A DNA stretch of 64,000 nucleotides from positions 672,001 to 736,000 of the forward strand of contig CAWANH010000028.1 of assembly GCA_963783375.1 (NCBI GenBank), given 5' to 3'. A program made the translations under genes and the position numbers. How positions within the stretch are numbered: position 1 is the stretch's first letter; each line of letters starts with the position of its first letter. The notes under the pieces are model-generated. The model was not told where the DNA came from. It did no database searches and saw only the letters and a program-made list of their open reading frames with translations. The stretch is from Candidatus Eiseniibacteriota bacterium. Its GTDB lineage: Bacteria > Eisenbacteria > RBG-16-71-46 > JABDJR01. Shown here one piece after another: positions 1 to 9,773 of this stretch.

Positions 1-54
1 CGCAAAAGCCGGTACCGAATCAGCGGACCGCTTCCACTCCGGTGAAGCGCGGGG

Positions 55-1815
55 ATGTCCAACTCTACCGCCATCTACGAATTCGGTCCCTTCCGGGCGG
101 ATCTCGGACGGCAGGTTCTGCTGTTCGAGGGAGAGCCGGTTCATCTCCCCCCGAAGACCTTCGCCCTGCTGGCCGCCCTCCTCGAGCAGCACGGTGGGTT
201 GGTTCGGAAGGAAGACCTGATCGCCGCGCTGTGGCCGGACACGGTGGGAACCGAGGCCAATCTCAGCGTGAATGTAGCCGCCCTTCGGAAAGTCCTGGGG
301 GAAAAGCCCAAGGAGCACCGATACATCGTCACCATTCCCCAGCGCGGATACTCCTTCGTGGCGAAGGTGAAGAAGGTCGGGACCGCCACGGACGCCGGCG
401 CTCCAATCGGCACGGACGCCGACGGCGGTTCGGTGCGACACCTGGCGGTGCTTCCCTTCCGGGTGTTGGACTCGAGCGACGGCAAGGCGGTGTTCGGGCT
501 GGGGTTCGCCGACGGTCTCATCACCCATCTGGGCAAGGTGCCGGCCTTGAGCATCCGCTCCACCGGAGCGGTCCGCCGGTTCACGAACAACCCGGAACCA
601 CCGGCGGTGGCGGGGGCCGAGCTCCAGGTCGATAACGTAATCGAGGGGACGTTGACCCGGTCCGGCGACCGGCTGAGGACGACGGTCCAGCTCGTCAATT
701 GCAGCAATGGATCGCTCAGCTGGGCGGAGACCTACGAAGGCCCCCTTCACAACATCCCGCACCTGCAGGTCAGCATCGTTGAGGCTCTCATACAGGCGCT
801 GAAGATCCATCGCGGCCCCAACTTCATCCCGATGAATCTTCAGCCCCTGTCCCGGGATATCAATGCCTTCAGCCTCTACCTCCAGGCGCGGGCCCACTCG
901 AGCAGCCTGGAGTCCACGTCGCTCTTCAAGAGTCTGGAACTCTTCGAAGCCGCCCTGGCCCTGGATCCGGACTTCGCGATGGCGTACACCGGCCTCGCCG
1001 ACGTGTACCACACGTTGTGGGTCCTCGGGAGAATCCCCACCCAGCAAGCGGTAACCGAGATCGAAAGGGTGGCGGCTACAGCCTTGGACCTCGATCCCAC
1101 CATGGCCGAAGCCCATGTCTGCTTGGGCAACGTGGCCCTTGTGTACCGCCATGATCTGAGGGGCGCGGAGCGGCACTTCCTGAAAAGTCTGGAGCTGTCC
1201 CCCAACGCCACCGGCGCCCTCCGCTACTATTCGGCCCACCTCATCGTGACCGGGGATCCGCAAGAGGCGCTGAGAATCGCTCGGCGGGGTCAGATCCTCG
1301 ATCCCACGTCGATGCCCATCAACCTCGCGGTGGCCAGCGCCCTCTACTACCTCCACGAGTACGAGCGGGCCGCCGGGCTCTTCCGGGCCATGGCCGAGCT
1401 CGAGCCCCAGTTCATCTGGGCCCGGTTCATGGTCGGCCAGTGCCTCTTCCGGCTGCGTCGTGTGGACGAAGCCCTCCGCTACGTCCAAGAGACCGACGAT
1501 TTCTTTGGCAGCAAGGAACCCTGGACGCTGGCCCTTCTGGGCTATCTGCAGGGCCGCCATGGAAAACGGGAGGATGCCCTTCGGTGCCTCGACACGGTTG
1601 CCTCCACGGAGTCGCCATCCCCGCCTCCCGCGATCGTCAGCGCCATCCTGTACCAGGGGCTGGGCGATCTGGAGCGGACCCTGGATGCGCTCGAACAGGC
1701 CTACGCCGATCGACATCCGTTCGTCTGCTACCTGCACGTGGATCCGTTCTGGGATCCCCTGCGGGACGAGCCGCGGTTCCGGAGCCTCATTCAGCGCATC
1801 GGCTTCGCTGAATAG
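55..1815 (+). CDS. Winged-helix (OmpR/CadC-type) transcriptional regulator with TolB-N-like and TPR domains
   Basis: N-terminal YEFGPF...LWPDT...NLSVNVAALRKVLGE...YIVTIPQRGYSF wHTH; LAVLPF...GFADGLIT domain; TPRs; C-terminal LHVDPFWDPLRDEPRF. Confidence 0.9.
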   Translation: MSNSTAIYEFGPFRADLGRQVLLFEGEPVHLPPKTFALLAALLEQHGGLVRKEDLIAALWPDTVGTEANLSVNVAALRKVLGEKPKEHRYIVTIPQRGYSFVAKVKKVGTATDAGAPIGTDADGGSVRHLAVLPFRVLDSSDGKAVFGLGFADGLITHLGKVPALSIRSTGAVRRFTNNPEPPAVAGAELQVDNVIEGTLTRSGDRLRTTVQLVNCSNGSLSWAETYEGPLHNIPHLQVSIVEALIQALKIHRGPNFIPMNLQPLSRDINAFSLYLQARAHSSSLESTSLFKSLELFEAALALDPDFAMAYTGLADVYHTLWVLGRIPTQQAVTEIERVAATALDLDPTMAEAHVCLGNVALVYRHDLRGAERHFLKSLELSPNATGALRYYSAHLIVTGDPQEALRIARRGQILDPTSMPINLAVASALYYLHEYERAAGLFRAMAELEPQFIWARFMVGQCLFRLRRVDEALRYVQETDDFFGSKEPWTLALLGYLQGRHGKREDALRCLDTVASTESPSPPPAIVSAILYQGLGDLERTLDALEQAYADRHPFVCYLHVDPFWDPLRDEPRFRSLIQRIGFAE

Positions 1816-1911
1816 CGATCCCCCGCAGGAACGGGCGCCCGGTCCGGGTCGTCCAAACAAGACTTATTTGATAATATTTAGAATTCCTTGTAAGTCCTTG
1901 GAACCATTATC

Positions 1912-1940
1912 TTGCCCTGTTTTTCGGATCCGCATAGCCT
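1912..1940 (+). promoter_or_regulatory. Putative sigma70 promoter TTGCCC-N17-TAGCCT
   Basis: Exact 17-nt spacing, AT-rich upstream tract 1857-1911; points into a non-coding structured region. Confidence 0.5.
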
Positions 1941-1945
1941 ACAGT

Positions 1946-2184
1946 GGAATTACGTTCCTCAGCGCTCGGCGGGTTCGCCGTCACCCCCTTGGTCGGGGGT
2001 TCTGGTTCGAGAGGCCGAGTCGGGGTTGGAAGCGGCGCGACCGGGCCGACGGAGAGCCCTCGACGCCAAGCGGGTCTAGCCATGGATGCTCTGTGGCTTG
2101 GGGGAAAGCCTGTTTGGCAACCTCGAGATTTGCTTCTGTCGGTTCCGGTCGTTGCCGCGATTATCGGAAATCCTCAAACCCGAT
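1946..2184 (+). ncRNA. Putative stand-alone structured ncRNA (5' hairpins plus long imperfect rod)
   Basis: Nested helices 2032-2045/2144-2158, 2046-2057/2132-2142, 2059-2063/2123-2127, 2065-2074/2109-2118, 2078-2086/2090-2098 with many G-U pairs valid only on the + strand; lies between convergent genes. Confidence 0.55.
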
Positions 2185-2228
2185 CGATCCCGCGCCGGCG
2201 GCGCCGGGTCCCGCCCCCGGTCCCCGTT

Positions 2229-4040
2229 TCAGCCCGCTTCCTCCTCGTCCAGCTCCGGCACCGCGCGCTCCATGAGAGCCCGACGGTAGGAATTCAACAC
2301 GTCCCGCCGGTATAGCAGGCCGGTAAGCACCCGGCTCTCCTCGGACTCCACCACCGGGAGCATGCTCAGGTCGCGCATGCCGAATAGACGCATGGCGTCG
2401 TTCAGGGACTGATCCGCGGTCACCACCACCGGATCCTGGGTGGCGATGTCCCCCGCCACCACCAGCATGTCCATCTCGGGACTTCGCTCCTGGGCGATCA
2501 CGTTCCGGATGTCCTGGTAGGAAAGGATCCCCGCGAGCTTGCCGTTCTCGTCGACCACCGGAAACGTGTTCTCGGTGGCATCCTCCACCACGTGCATGAG
2601 TTCGGCGTAGTGCATATGGTACGGGATGGTGCGTTTCACCTCGCGCATGACGTTCCCGACCCGGAGCGAGCCCATCACGTTCACCTCCACCCCACGTTTG
2701 AGCTGGATCCCCGCCCGCACCAGGGCCAGGGTGTAGATGGACTCCCGCTTCAGGCGGCCGGCCAGGACCACCGCGGTGGCGCAGGCAAGCATGGTGGGCA
2801 GGATGATCGCGTAGTCGTTGGTGAGCTCGAAGATGAGAAGCACCGCGGTGATGGTGGCGTGGGTGGTGCCGGCGATCACCGCGGCCATCCCCACCAGGGC
2901 GTACACGGTGATGATCCCGGGCTCTCCGGGACGCAGGAAGTGTTCGGTGACGGCGCCGAAGGACCCGCCGAGCATGGCCCCGATGACCAGGGAGGGGGCG
3001 AAGAGTCCACCCACGTTCCCCGACCCCACGGTGAAGCAGGTGGCCAGGAGCTTGGCCAGAACCAGGGCCACCATGAGCCACAGGGCAAGGTGTCCGTTCA
3101 GGGCGGCGGTGATGGTGTCGTAACCGTCTCCGAGCACCTGGGGAAACGCGAAAGCCAGGACCCCCACCAGGGTCATGCCCAGGGCCGGCTTGAACGCGGC
3201 GGGAAACCGCCAGCGCCGGAAGCGATCCTCGGTGAAGTAGAGAAGGCGGATGAAAAGCCAGGAGACCAGAGCGGCCAGGACTCCCAACAGCAGCATCGAG
3301 GGCACTTCGCGGATGTGGATGAAGCCGTGGTGGGGGACGGAGAATCGCGGGGTCCAGCTCACGAAGATCTGATGGGTGACCGCGGCCAGCACCGAGGAGA
3401 GAACGATCGGGGTCAGGGTCTGCACCCCGAAGTCCCCCAGGATCACTTCCACCGCGAAGAAGACCCCGGCCAGCGGGGCGCCGAAGATGGCGCTGATCCC
3501 CCCCGCCGCTCCGCACGCGGCCAGGACCCGCAACCGCTCGGTGGACATGCCCACGATCCGGCCCACCGTGGAACCGATCGAGCTCCCGATCTGGACGATC
3601 GGCCCCTCGGGTCCGGCCGATCCACCGGCCCCGATGCAGATGCCCGCGGTGATCGCGGTGTCGGCGGCGACCCGCGGCGGGATCCGCCCTCCGCGAATGG
3701 CCACGCTGGCCATCACATCGGGTACCCCGTGGCCTCGGGAGGACTTGAGCAGGGTGGCGAGCAGCACGCCCCCCACCAATCCCCCCAGGATGAGGGCGCC
3801 CACGTTCCCGATGGGAAGGGAGAGCGGCCCGAAGGGGAGATCGAGCGCCATGTGCTCGAACTCCCGCTGAAAGGTGTCGATGATCCACTCGAAGCCGCGG
3901 GCGCCGAGCCCGGAGCCGATCCCCACCACGAAGGAGAGCATGAGGAGAAGCGCGTTCTCGTCGTGGACGTACCGGTGGAGGAACCGGTTCACCCGCTTGT
4001 GGGTGAATCGCACGTAGCGCGGGACGAATGGGCCTTTCAC
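2229..4040 (-). CDS. ClC chloride channel / Cl-:H+ antiporter with C-terminal CBS pair
   Basis: GHGVP, GPEGP and GLFAP ClC signatures; CBS domains; GTG start overlaps the upstream stop (GTGA). Confidence 0.93.
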   Translation of the reverse strand: MKGPFVPRYVRFTHKRVNRFLHRYVHDENALLLMLSFVVGIGSGLGARGFEWIIDTFQREFEHMALDLPFGPLSLPIGNVGALILGGLVGGVLLATLLKSSRGHGVPDVMASVAIRGGRIPPRVAADTAITAGICIGAGGSAGPEGPIVQIGSSIGSTVGRIVGMSTERLRVLAACGAAGGISAIFGAPLAGVFFAVEVILGDFGVQTLTPIVLSSVLAAVTHQIFVSWTPRFSVPHHGFIHIREVPSMLLLGVLAALVSWLFIRLLYFTEDRFRRWRFPAAFKPALGMTLVGVLAFAFPQVLGDGYDTITAALNGHLALWLMVALVLAKLLATCFTVGSGNVGGLFAPSLVIGAMLGGSFGAVTEHFLRPGEPGIITVYALVGMAAVIAGTTHATITAVLLIFELTNDYAIILPTMLACATAVVLAGRLKRESIYTLALVRAGIQLKRGVEVNVMGSLRVGNVMREVKRTIPYHMHYAELMHVVEDATENTFPVVDENGKLAGILSYQDIRNVIAQERSPEMDMLVVAGDIATQDPVVVTADQSLNDAMRLFGMRDLSMLPVVESEESRVLTGLLYRRDVLNSYRRALMERAVPELDEEEAG

Positions 4041-4711
4041 GCTGGGGCGCCTCCCCCCAGGATCCACACGCCGTCCTCCCCGCCGCCGCACCATCGTGTC
4101 ACCTGGCCGGACAACCGGCCCAGACCCTCTTCCATCTCCAGCCGGGAAAAGTCGCCGGGGGCGAAGACCACCGCCACCACGCGCTCGGTGCCCGGGTGGA
4201 CCGCGGTGCGCGCGGAATCCGAGGTCGGCGAGCCCATGACCCCGGCGGCGTCCGCCACGGCGAGCCGTCCCTCGAGATGGACCTGGTCCTTGCGGATCCC
4301 CGGATAGGACTCGCCGGGGCGCCCCACGCGGATCTCGAGATCTCCCTCCACCCGGTCCAGATCGTAGAGCCCGATCGGAAGCAGGAGGGCCAGGGACGCC
4401 CAGTTGCAGGCGTCCACCAATCGATTGATGCGGTAGAGCGCCTGCCCCTTGAGCACCCGTCGAAGCAGGGCCTCCGAGGAGGGGCGGGTGCGGGTGGGAT
4501 CCACCCCGAAGGCCCGGTAGAGCCGGCGAGCGGGCTCCAGGCCGGGGATCTCCGAGGGGGCCCGGCCGGCGTGGGTGCGGGACAGGGTGGCGGCCAGGGC
4601 CTCCATCTCCGGCCAGAACGGGTTGTCCTCCGAAGCCGAGACCCCGGTGAACCAGACCACCCCGGCCATCGTCTGCCCCTCGATCCCCGGATCCATGCGA
4701 ACGTGTCTCAA
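4037..4711 (-). CDS. B3/B4 domain protein (PheRS beta-related tRNA-editing domain)
   Basis: DPTRTRPSSEALLRRVLKG...INRLVDACN...PIGLYDLD; start may be ATG 4696. Confidence 0.85.
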   Translation of the reverse strand: MRHVRMDPGIEGQTMAGVVWFTGVSASEDNPFWPEMEALAATLSRTHAGRAPSEIPGLEPARRLYRAFGVDPTRTRPSSEALLRRVLKGQALYRINRLVDACNWASLALLLPIGLYDLDRVEGDLEIRVGRPGESYPGIRKDQVHLEGRLAVADAAGVMGSPTSDSARTAVHPGTERVVAVVFAPGDFSRLEMEEGLGRLSGQVTRWCGGGEDGVWILGGGAPA

Positions 4712-4958
4712 TTGCTTTCTCCGGGCTTCCGGCCTCCGGCCTCCGAAACAGGGGAGAGTGAGCTCAAAACCATTCAGCCTAGCGCGCCGGGGGCCGGATT
4801 GCCAGACCCGCGGGCCGGCGCCGCCCGGGAATTCCCCGGTGAAATCCCCTGGCCGAACGGGTACCCTGGGCCGATTCGAGTCGAGAGGCTCCGAAGGTTC
4901 CCTCCGGCCGGAACCTCACCCGAACCCCGACGCTCACGGCCCCGGGAACGAGCACGCC

Positions 4959-6305
4959 ATGCCTCCTACACCTCCCCCCGATACCTCCAGCGGTCCCGGT
5001 TTCCGGCCCCCGTCCCCCCCTCCCGCCGCCCCGCGCCGGATTGACGGTCTCCGATTTTCGACCGCGGCCGCGCTGGCCATCCTCCCGATCGTGGCCTACC
5101 TCCTGGCCATGAACGGTCTCCATCCCGGCCCGGCCGGCGACGAGAAGATCCACCTCGCCGCCATCCGCCAGTTCGCCTCCGGGGACTGGAGCAACCCCGA
5201 CCTGGCCATGTTTCCGGCCTATCATGCCGTCCTCGCCTTCCCGGCCCGGATCCTGGGGGCGCGCCCCGGCTGGATCCGCGCTACCGGCATTCTGGAGGCG
5301 CTGGTGATCCTGGCTTCGGTGGCCTGGGCGGCCCAACGAACCCGCCGACCCGGACGGGGCCACGCCCTCTTCCAGGTGCTCTGGCTCCCGATGTTCTTTC
5401 CTTTCATCCCGCTGGTCTACACCGATCCCGCCTCGGCCACCTGGGTCCTCCTGGCCCTGGCCCTGCAGCTCTCCCGGCGCTACAAGCCGGCGGCCGCCTC
5501 ACTCCTGGTGTCCTGCCTCATCCGGCAGTCGAACGCGCTCTGGGTGGTTTTCTTCGTCCTGTGGGCGTTTCACGACGCGTTCCGGCAACCCCAGGGATTT
5601 CGATTCGGCCCCCGGCCTCCGCGTCCGCCCTTCCGAGGCTTCGGCCTCCTCCTCCGCGGGGCCTGGGTCCGCGGCTGGGCGCACATGGCCGTGCTCGCCG
5701 CCTTCGCGGCGATCGTGCTGGCCGTCGGGGAGGTGGTGCCCCGATCCCAGTCCATCGTGGGTCCGCGGTTCAACCCGGCCCAGATCTTCGCCTTCGGGAT
5801 CGGAGCGGGGGTGGTGTGGCTCCCGATCTGGGCGGACGAGTGGCGGGGGGGATTCGGCGAGCTCCGGGCATGGCCGCGGGGACGGCTTGCCATCGTTCTG
5901 GCGGCGGCGGCGAGCCTGGTGGTGGTCCTGGCCCTGTGCTACCGGAATCCCAATCCTCGAAACCAGTCCTTGTACTATCTTCGGAACCGGCCGCTGGTCA
6001 TGCTTCAGGCGCATGCAGCCGCGCGCTACGCGGCGTCGGCCTTCATGATCCTCACCGCCGCCGCCGCCATCCGGCTCACCCGGCGCCATCCCGATCCCTG
6101 GCTCCTGGCCGCGCTCTGGCTCTGGGGGCTGGCTTTCATGTCCATCCACAGCACCGTCGACCCGCGCTACGCCATCATCCCGTTCAGCCTCCTGGCCTTC
6201 TTCGTGGTGCCGCCCCGGGGGAAGGAGCCGCTCCACGCGGTGTGGCTCCTGGGCTGGGCACTCATCATGGCCGCGGGGACGGCGGCGGGGCTTTGGATCC
6301 CGTGA
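4959..6305 (+). CDS. GT-C membrane glycosyltransferase, ALG10/DIE2-like
   Basis: Multi-TM; motifs DEKIH, LVYTDPAS, RQSNALW, DPRYAIIPF in ALG10 order. Confidence 0.7.
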   Translation: MPPTPPPDTSSGPGFRPPSPPPAAPRRIDGLRFSTAAALAILPIVAYLLAMNGLHPGPAGDEKIHLAAIRQFASGDWSNPDLAMFPAYHAVLAFPARILGARPGWIRATGILEALVILASVAWAAQRTRRPGRGHALFQVLWLPMFFPFIPLVYTDPASATWVLLALALQLSRRYKPAAASLLVSCLIRQSNALWVVFFVLWAFHDAFRQPQGFRFGPRPPRPPFRGFGLLLRGAWVRGWAHMAVLAAFAAIVLAVGEVVPRSQSIVGPRFNPAQIFAFGIGAGVVWLPIWADEWRGGFGELRAWPRGRLAIVLAAAASLVVVLALCYRNPNPRNQSLYYLRNRPLVMLQAHAAARYAASAFMILTAAAAIRLTRRHPDPWLLAALWLWGLAFMSIHSTVDPRYAIIPFSLLAFFVVPPRGKEPLHAVWLLGWALIMAAGTAAGLWIP

Positions 6306-8315
6306 GGCGATAGACCCGGTCCCCTCCGGCCGTGTACACCGGCTCGAAGGCCTCGGGGCGGCGGGCCATGACGCTCGCGGCGGCGGCGACCCCGGGGTGG
6401 TCCGCCCCGCGCCAGATCACGAAAACCGGCCCGACACCGCTTTCGGCGAAGGCGCGGAGGTCCTTCAGCGCCGCCTCCTCACGCTCGGCGCCGCCGGGAG
6501 CGGGAAGCGCGGTTCCCCCCGGGCCGGGGACGCCGACCAGCACGTCCCGCACCTGCCGGCGCCTCGCCATATCCGCCGCATCGTACCCCCACTGGACGGC
6601 GTAGGTGTCGCGGCCGTAGTAGAGCCGCCGGCGGACCAGGACCAACAGCTCCACCCGCTCGGGGGTGTCGATCAGGACCGCGTCGGGGGGCGTGTGGTCG
6701 CGGAGCCACCCGGTGAGCTCCCGATCGTCTCCCCGAGAATCCGATGCCTCGGGCCCGGCCAGCTGCACCGCCAGGTAGAGACCGTTCACCGGCAGAAGGA
6801 CCGCCAGCGTCAGGGTCCAGGCCGCCACCCGCCGGCCCCGGGCGACGAGCCGGGCCCAGATTCCGGCCAGGGTCCACCCCGCGGCGACGGCGAGACCGAG
6901 GTAGAACGTGAAGCTCAGCTTGTCCGCGCTGTTCACCGCGGGAAGCACGATCACCACCGAGGCGATCATGAGCGCGAAGGTCAGGACCCGAAGCGCCCGC
7001 GCCCCCGGTTCGACGACGATGTGGAGGAGCGCCGGAAGCCCGAAGAGCAATGCGGCGGTGGAGGCGATCAGGATGGGGATCATCTCGGAGGAAATCCCCA
7101 GGGGGAAACCGCCTTCGGCCCGCCCCACCGTGGTCATGAGGAGAGGAGCGGCGGCCGCCGTCCCCGCGGCAACGGCGAGCGCGGTCCGGCCGAGCGCCCC
7201 CCGCGACACCGTCCCCGGCCGGGCCAGGAGCCAGAGCCCGGCCAGCTCCCCACCCAGCACCAGAGCCAGGCCCGCTCCGGGTTGCCATACCCAGACCCCG
7301 AACGCGGCCACGGCGGTCAGCCCCCCCGGCGCGCGCCGGAGCCTCGCCGGGCGGACACCATTCCCACCGCCCCCTCCAGCACCCAGGCCAACGCCGCCGC
7401 CGCCCCCCCGAACGCGGTCATGACCAGGAACTTGCTGAAGAACGCCGGCGGCGTCCCATAGGTCGAGGTGAAGTGCCACACCTGGCTGAAGGTGAAGGGG
7501 GAGAGGCTCAGGGCGCGCGCGACCTCGGCCCATCCCGCGGTGAGCCCCACCATGGCGAGGATCATCTTCAGGGGAATCCAGAGGTAGAACAGCGCGTCCA
7601 GCCCCAGGGGGACGAACACCGCGGCGAAGAACGCCTCGCGCCCGCTCCGTCCCGCCCGGCGGGACAGAGCGTGGGCCGCGCCGGCCAGGGAGACGATCCA
7701 GAGCGCGTCGAGCGTCCCCGCCAGCTCCCAGGGCGCGATCCGGGCCGCGCGGCTCCACACCGCGACCAGGGCCTGGAAGAGCCAGACGTAGTGAAGGGGA
7801 AAACCCGCGAAGTAGGGATCGCCGGGAGGAGCCCCACGGGCGAAGATCTCGAACACCACCGCGGAGTGGAACCAGGCGTCGCTCCTCAGCCCCCCACCCG
7901 GGCGAAGGATGGGCGCGGCCACCACCACGAGGGCCAGGAATCCCAACCACATCCCCAGCCGCCGCTCCCAGGGATCGGGCGGACGCGCCTCGGTTTGTTC
8001 CCGGGCCAGGGCGAGAACCGCCGCGGGGTATGCGACGGCGAGGATGAGCGTACCCGCCGGACCCGGGGCGAGCCCCGCCCAGAGGAGCGCGGTGGCCGCT
8101 GCCCCCGAGGCCACGGTGGAGAGGAATATCGCCCGGGCCGCCCGGACCACGCCCCGCTCCGCTGGAGCCAGGAACCGGGAGAGAACGATCCCCGGGGCGA
8201 GGCCGAACCCCACCAGCGCGCCGTACCACCCGGCCACCGGGACGCCGGTCGCGGCGAGCACGGCGGCGACCGCGCCGGCCAGCACCACGCCGAGAAGGGC
8301 CCGGCGCTCGTTCAT
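6265..8315 (-). CDS. Multi-pass membrane protein, probable GT-C glycosyltransferase, split by a frameshift at a G7 run (7321-7327)
   Basis: ORF 7317-8315 (SDAWFH...PPGDPYFAGFPLHY) continues in another frame into 6265-7320 (WLRDHTPPDAVL...RRRLYYG); adding one G restores a single ORF. Confidence 0.65.
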
Positions 8316-8444
8316 GGCGTCATCTCGAGACCGCCCGAAGCGGGATTAAGCCGTTGACCTGCATAAGTGCCCGAAATACTATCGGGTTACTCTTCGGTCT
8401 CCCAGGGTTTCTTGCGCTGGGAATCCTCGCCAAAGGTGGTTTTC

Positions 8445-8891
8445 ATGACACGCGCAATCAGCGTCCTGATCGGGGTGGTGCTTCTGCTGGGGGTGGGCTG
8501 GTACGTGGGCCACCGGCCCGGCGCGGGGCTCTCCGAGCAGCTTGCCACCCTTCAAGAGGAATGCGCCCAGCGGAGCGCCCAATTGGAGCAGCGGGCACAG
8601 ACCGCCGAAGCCCGGGGCTATCTCTGGCAGGCCCGGGCCGAACTGCTCCTGGCCTCCCACGACGTGGAGGAACGGAACTTCGGCACGGCCGGCGAGCGGG
8701 CGTCCCGGGCGCACGACCTCATCACCGAGGCGGCCGGGATCCCGAGCATCACCATGGATTTGAAACAGGTTCAGGATATGGTCAACTCCGCGGCGGGGAA
8801 GGTTGCGGCACTCGATCCCGAGGCCGGCGACATCCTGATTCGCGCCGCCTCCGAGCTGGGCCGACTCCTGGAGAAGACCGGCCAAGCCTGA
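8445..8891 (+). CDS. Small membrane-anchored helical protein, hypothetical
   Basis: ATG after AAGGTGG; N-terminal TM then amphipathic helices. Confidence 0.75.
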   Translation: MTRAISVLIGVVLLLGVGWYVGHRPGAGLSEQLATLQEECAQRSAQLEQRAQTAEARGYLWQARAELLLASHDVEERNFGTAGERASRAHDLITEAAGIPSITMDLKQVQDMVNSAAGKVAALDPEAGDILIRAASELGRLLEKTGQA

Positions 8892-8935
8892 TTCCTGCCG
8901 TTCACGAGGCGCCGCCCGCGGCGCCGGGAGCCCTT

Positions 8936-9397
8936 GTGCGACTACTGGACTACCTGGACCCCGAATGCGTTCGCGTGGACCCGTCCAAGCTGGACAAGGA
9001 GTCCACCCTCCGTTTTCTGGTGGACCTCGTGGTGGAGCAGGGCGTGGTTCGGGACGCGGACCGGCTCCTGGAGGCGCTTCGCCGCCGGGAGGAGGTGGTC
9101 TCGACCGGGGTGGGGAACGGGGTGGCCATCCCCCACGCCGATCTCCCGGAGATCGAGGCCCCGCGGCTCGCCCTCGGTATCTTTCCCAACGGAGTGGACT
9201 TCGACGCGCTGGACGAGGAGCCGGTCTACTCGGTGTTCCTCCTCCTCGGCACCCCGCGCACCCCGGGGCTCCACATGAAGATCCTGGCCCGGATCGCCCG
9301 CCTCAGCAAGGACACGGAATTCTCCGACGGCCTTCGTAGCGCCAAGGACGCCCGGGCGGCGCTGGAAACCCTCGAACGGGTGGAATCCCGGCATTAG
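8936..9397 (+). CDS. PTS EIIA (PtsN/fructose-type) domain protein
   Basis: RREEVVSTGVGNGVAIPHA with phospho-His; GVDFDALD; HMKILARIARL. Confidence 0.9.
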   Translation: MRLLDYLDPECVRVDPSKLDKESTLRFLVDLVVEQGVVRDADRLLEALRRREEVVSTGVGNGVAIPHADLPEIEAPRLALGIFPNGVDFDALDEEPVYSVFLLLGTPRTPGLHMKILARIARLSKDTEFSDGLRSAKDARAALETLERVESRH

Positions 9398-9406
9398 GAG
9401 ACCGGC

Positions 9407-9748
9407 GTGAAACTCTTCGTCTACATCCTCAACCGGCCGGAGAAGCTCGAGGAGATCATGGCCGGTTTCGTGGAGATCGGCATCACCGGGGCCACGATCG
9501 TGGACAGCGTCGGCATGGGGCGCATCCTGTCCCGCGACGTGCCGATCTTCGCCGGGTTCCAATCGCTCCTGAGCGGAAGCCGTCCCTACAACAAGACCAT
9601 CCTCTCGGTGGTGGACGACGACGACAAAGTGGAACGCGCTCTGCGTCTGATCGAGGAGCTGTGCGGCTCCTTCGATGACGCGGGGGCGGGAATCGCCTTC
9701 ACCCTGCCGCTGGATCGTGTCCACGGGTTGAAGCCCGAGATTCGCTGA
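9407..9748 (+). CDS. PII-like signalling protein
   Basis: 113 aa; GITGATIVDSVGMG and GIAFTLPL, PII-fold pattern; RBS AGGAG. Confidence 0.8.
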   Translation: MKLFVYILNRPEKLEEIMAGFVEIGITGATIVDSVGMGRILSRDVPIFAGFQSLLSGSRPYNKTILSVVDDDDKVERALRLIEELCGSFDDAGAGIAFTLPLDRVHGLKPEIR

Positions 9749-9773
9749 GAACGACCCCCGGAATCCGGAGGCC

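Noticed and set aside
1857-1900. dif/Xer or att site in the AT-rich patch
   Set aside because: Only an imperfect CAAGACTTA/TAAGTCCTTG inverted repeat; no match to the dif consensus and no recombinase nearby.
1946-2184. SRP RNA, tmRNA or RNase P RNA
   Set aside because: No helix-8 CAGG...GGAA...AGCAG motif, no tRNA-like ends and no GAGGAAAGTCC.
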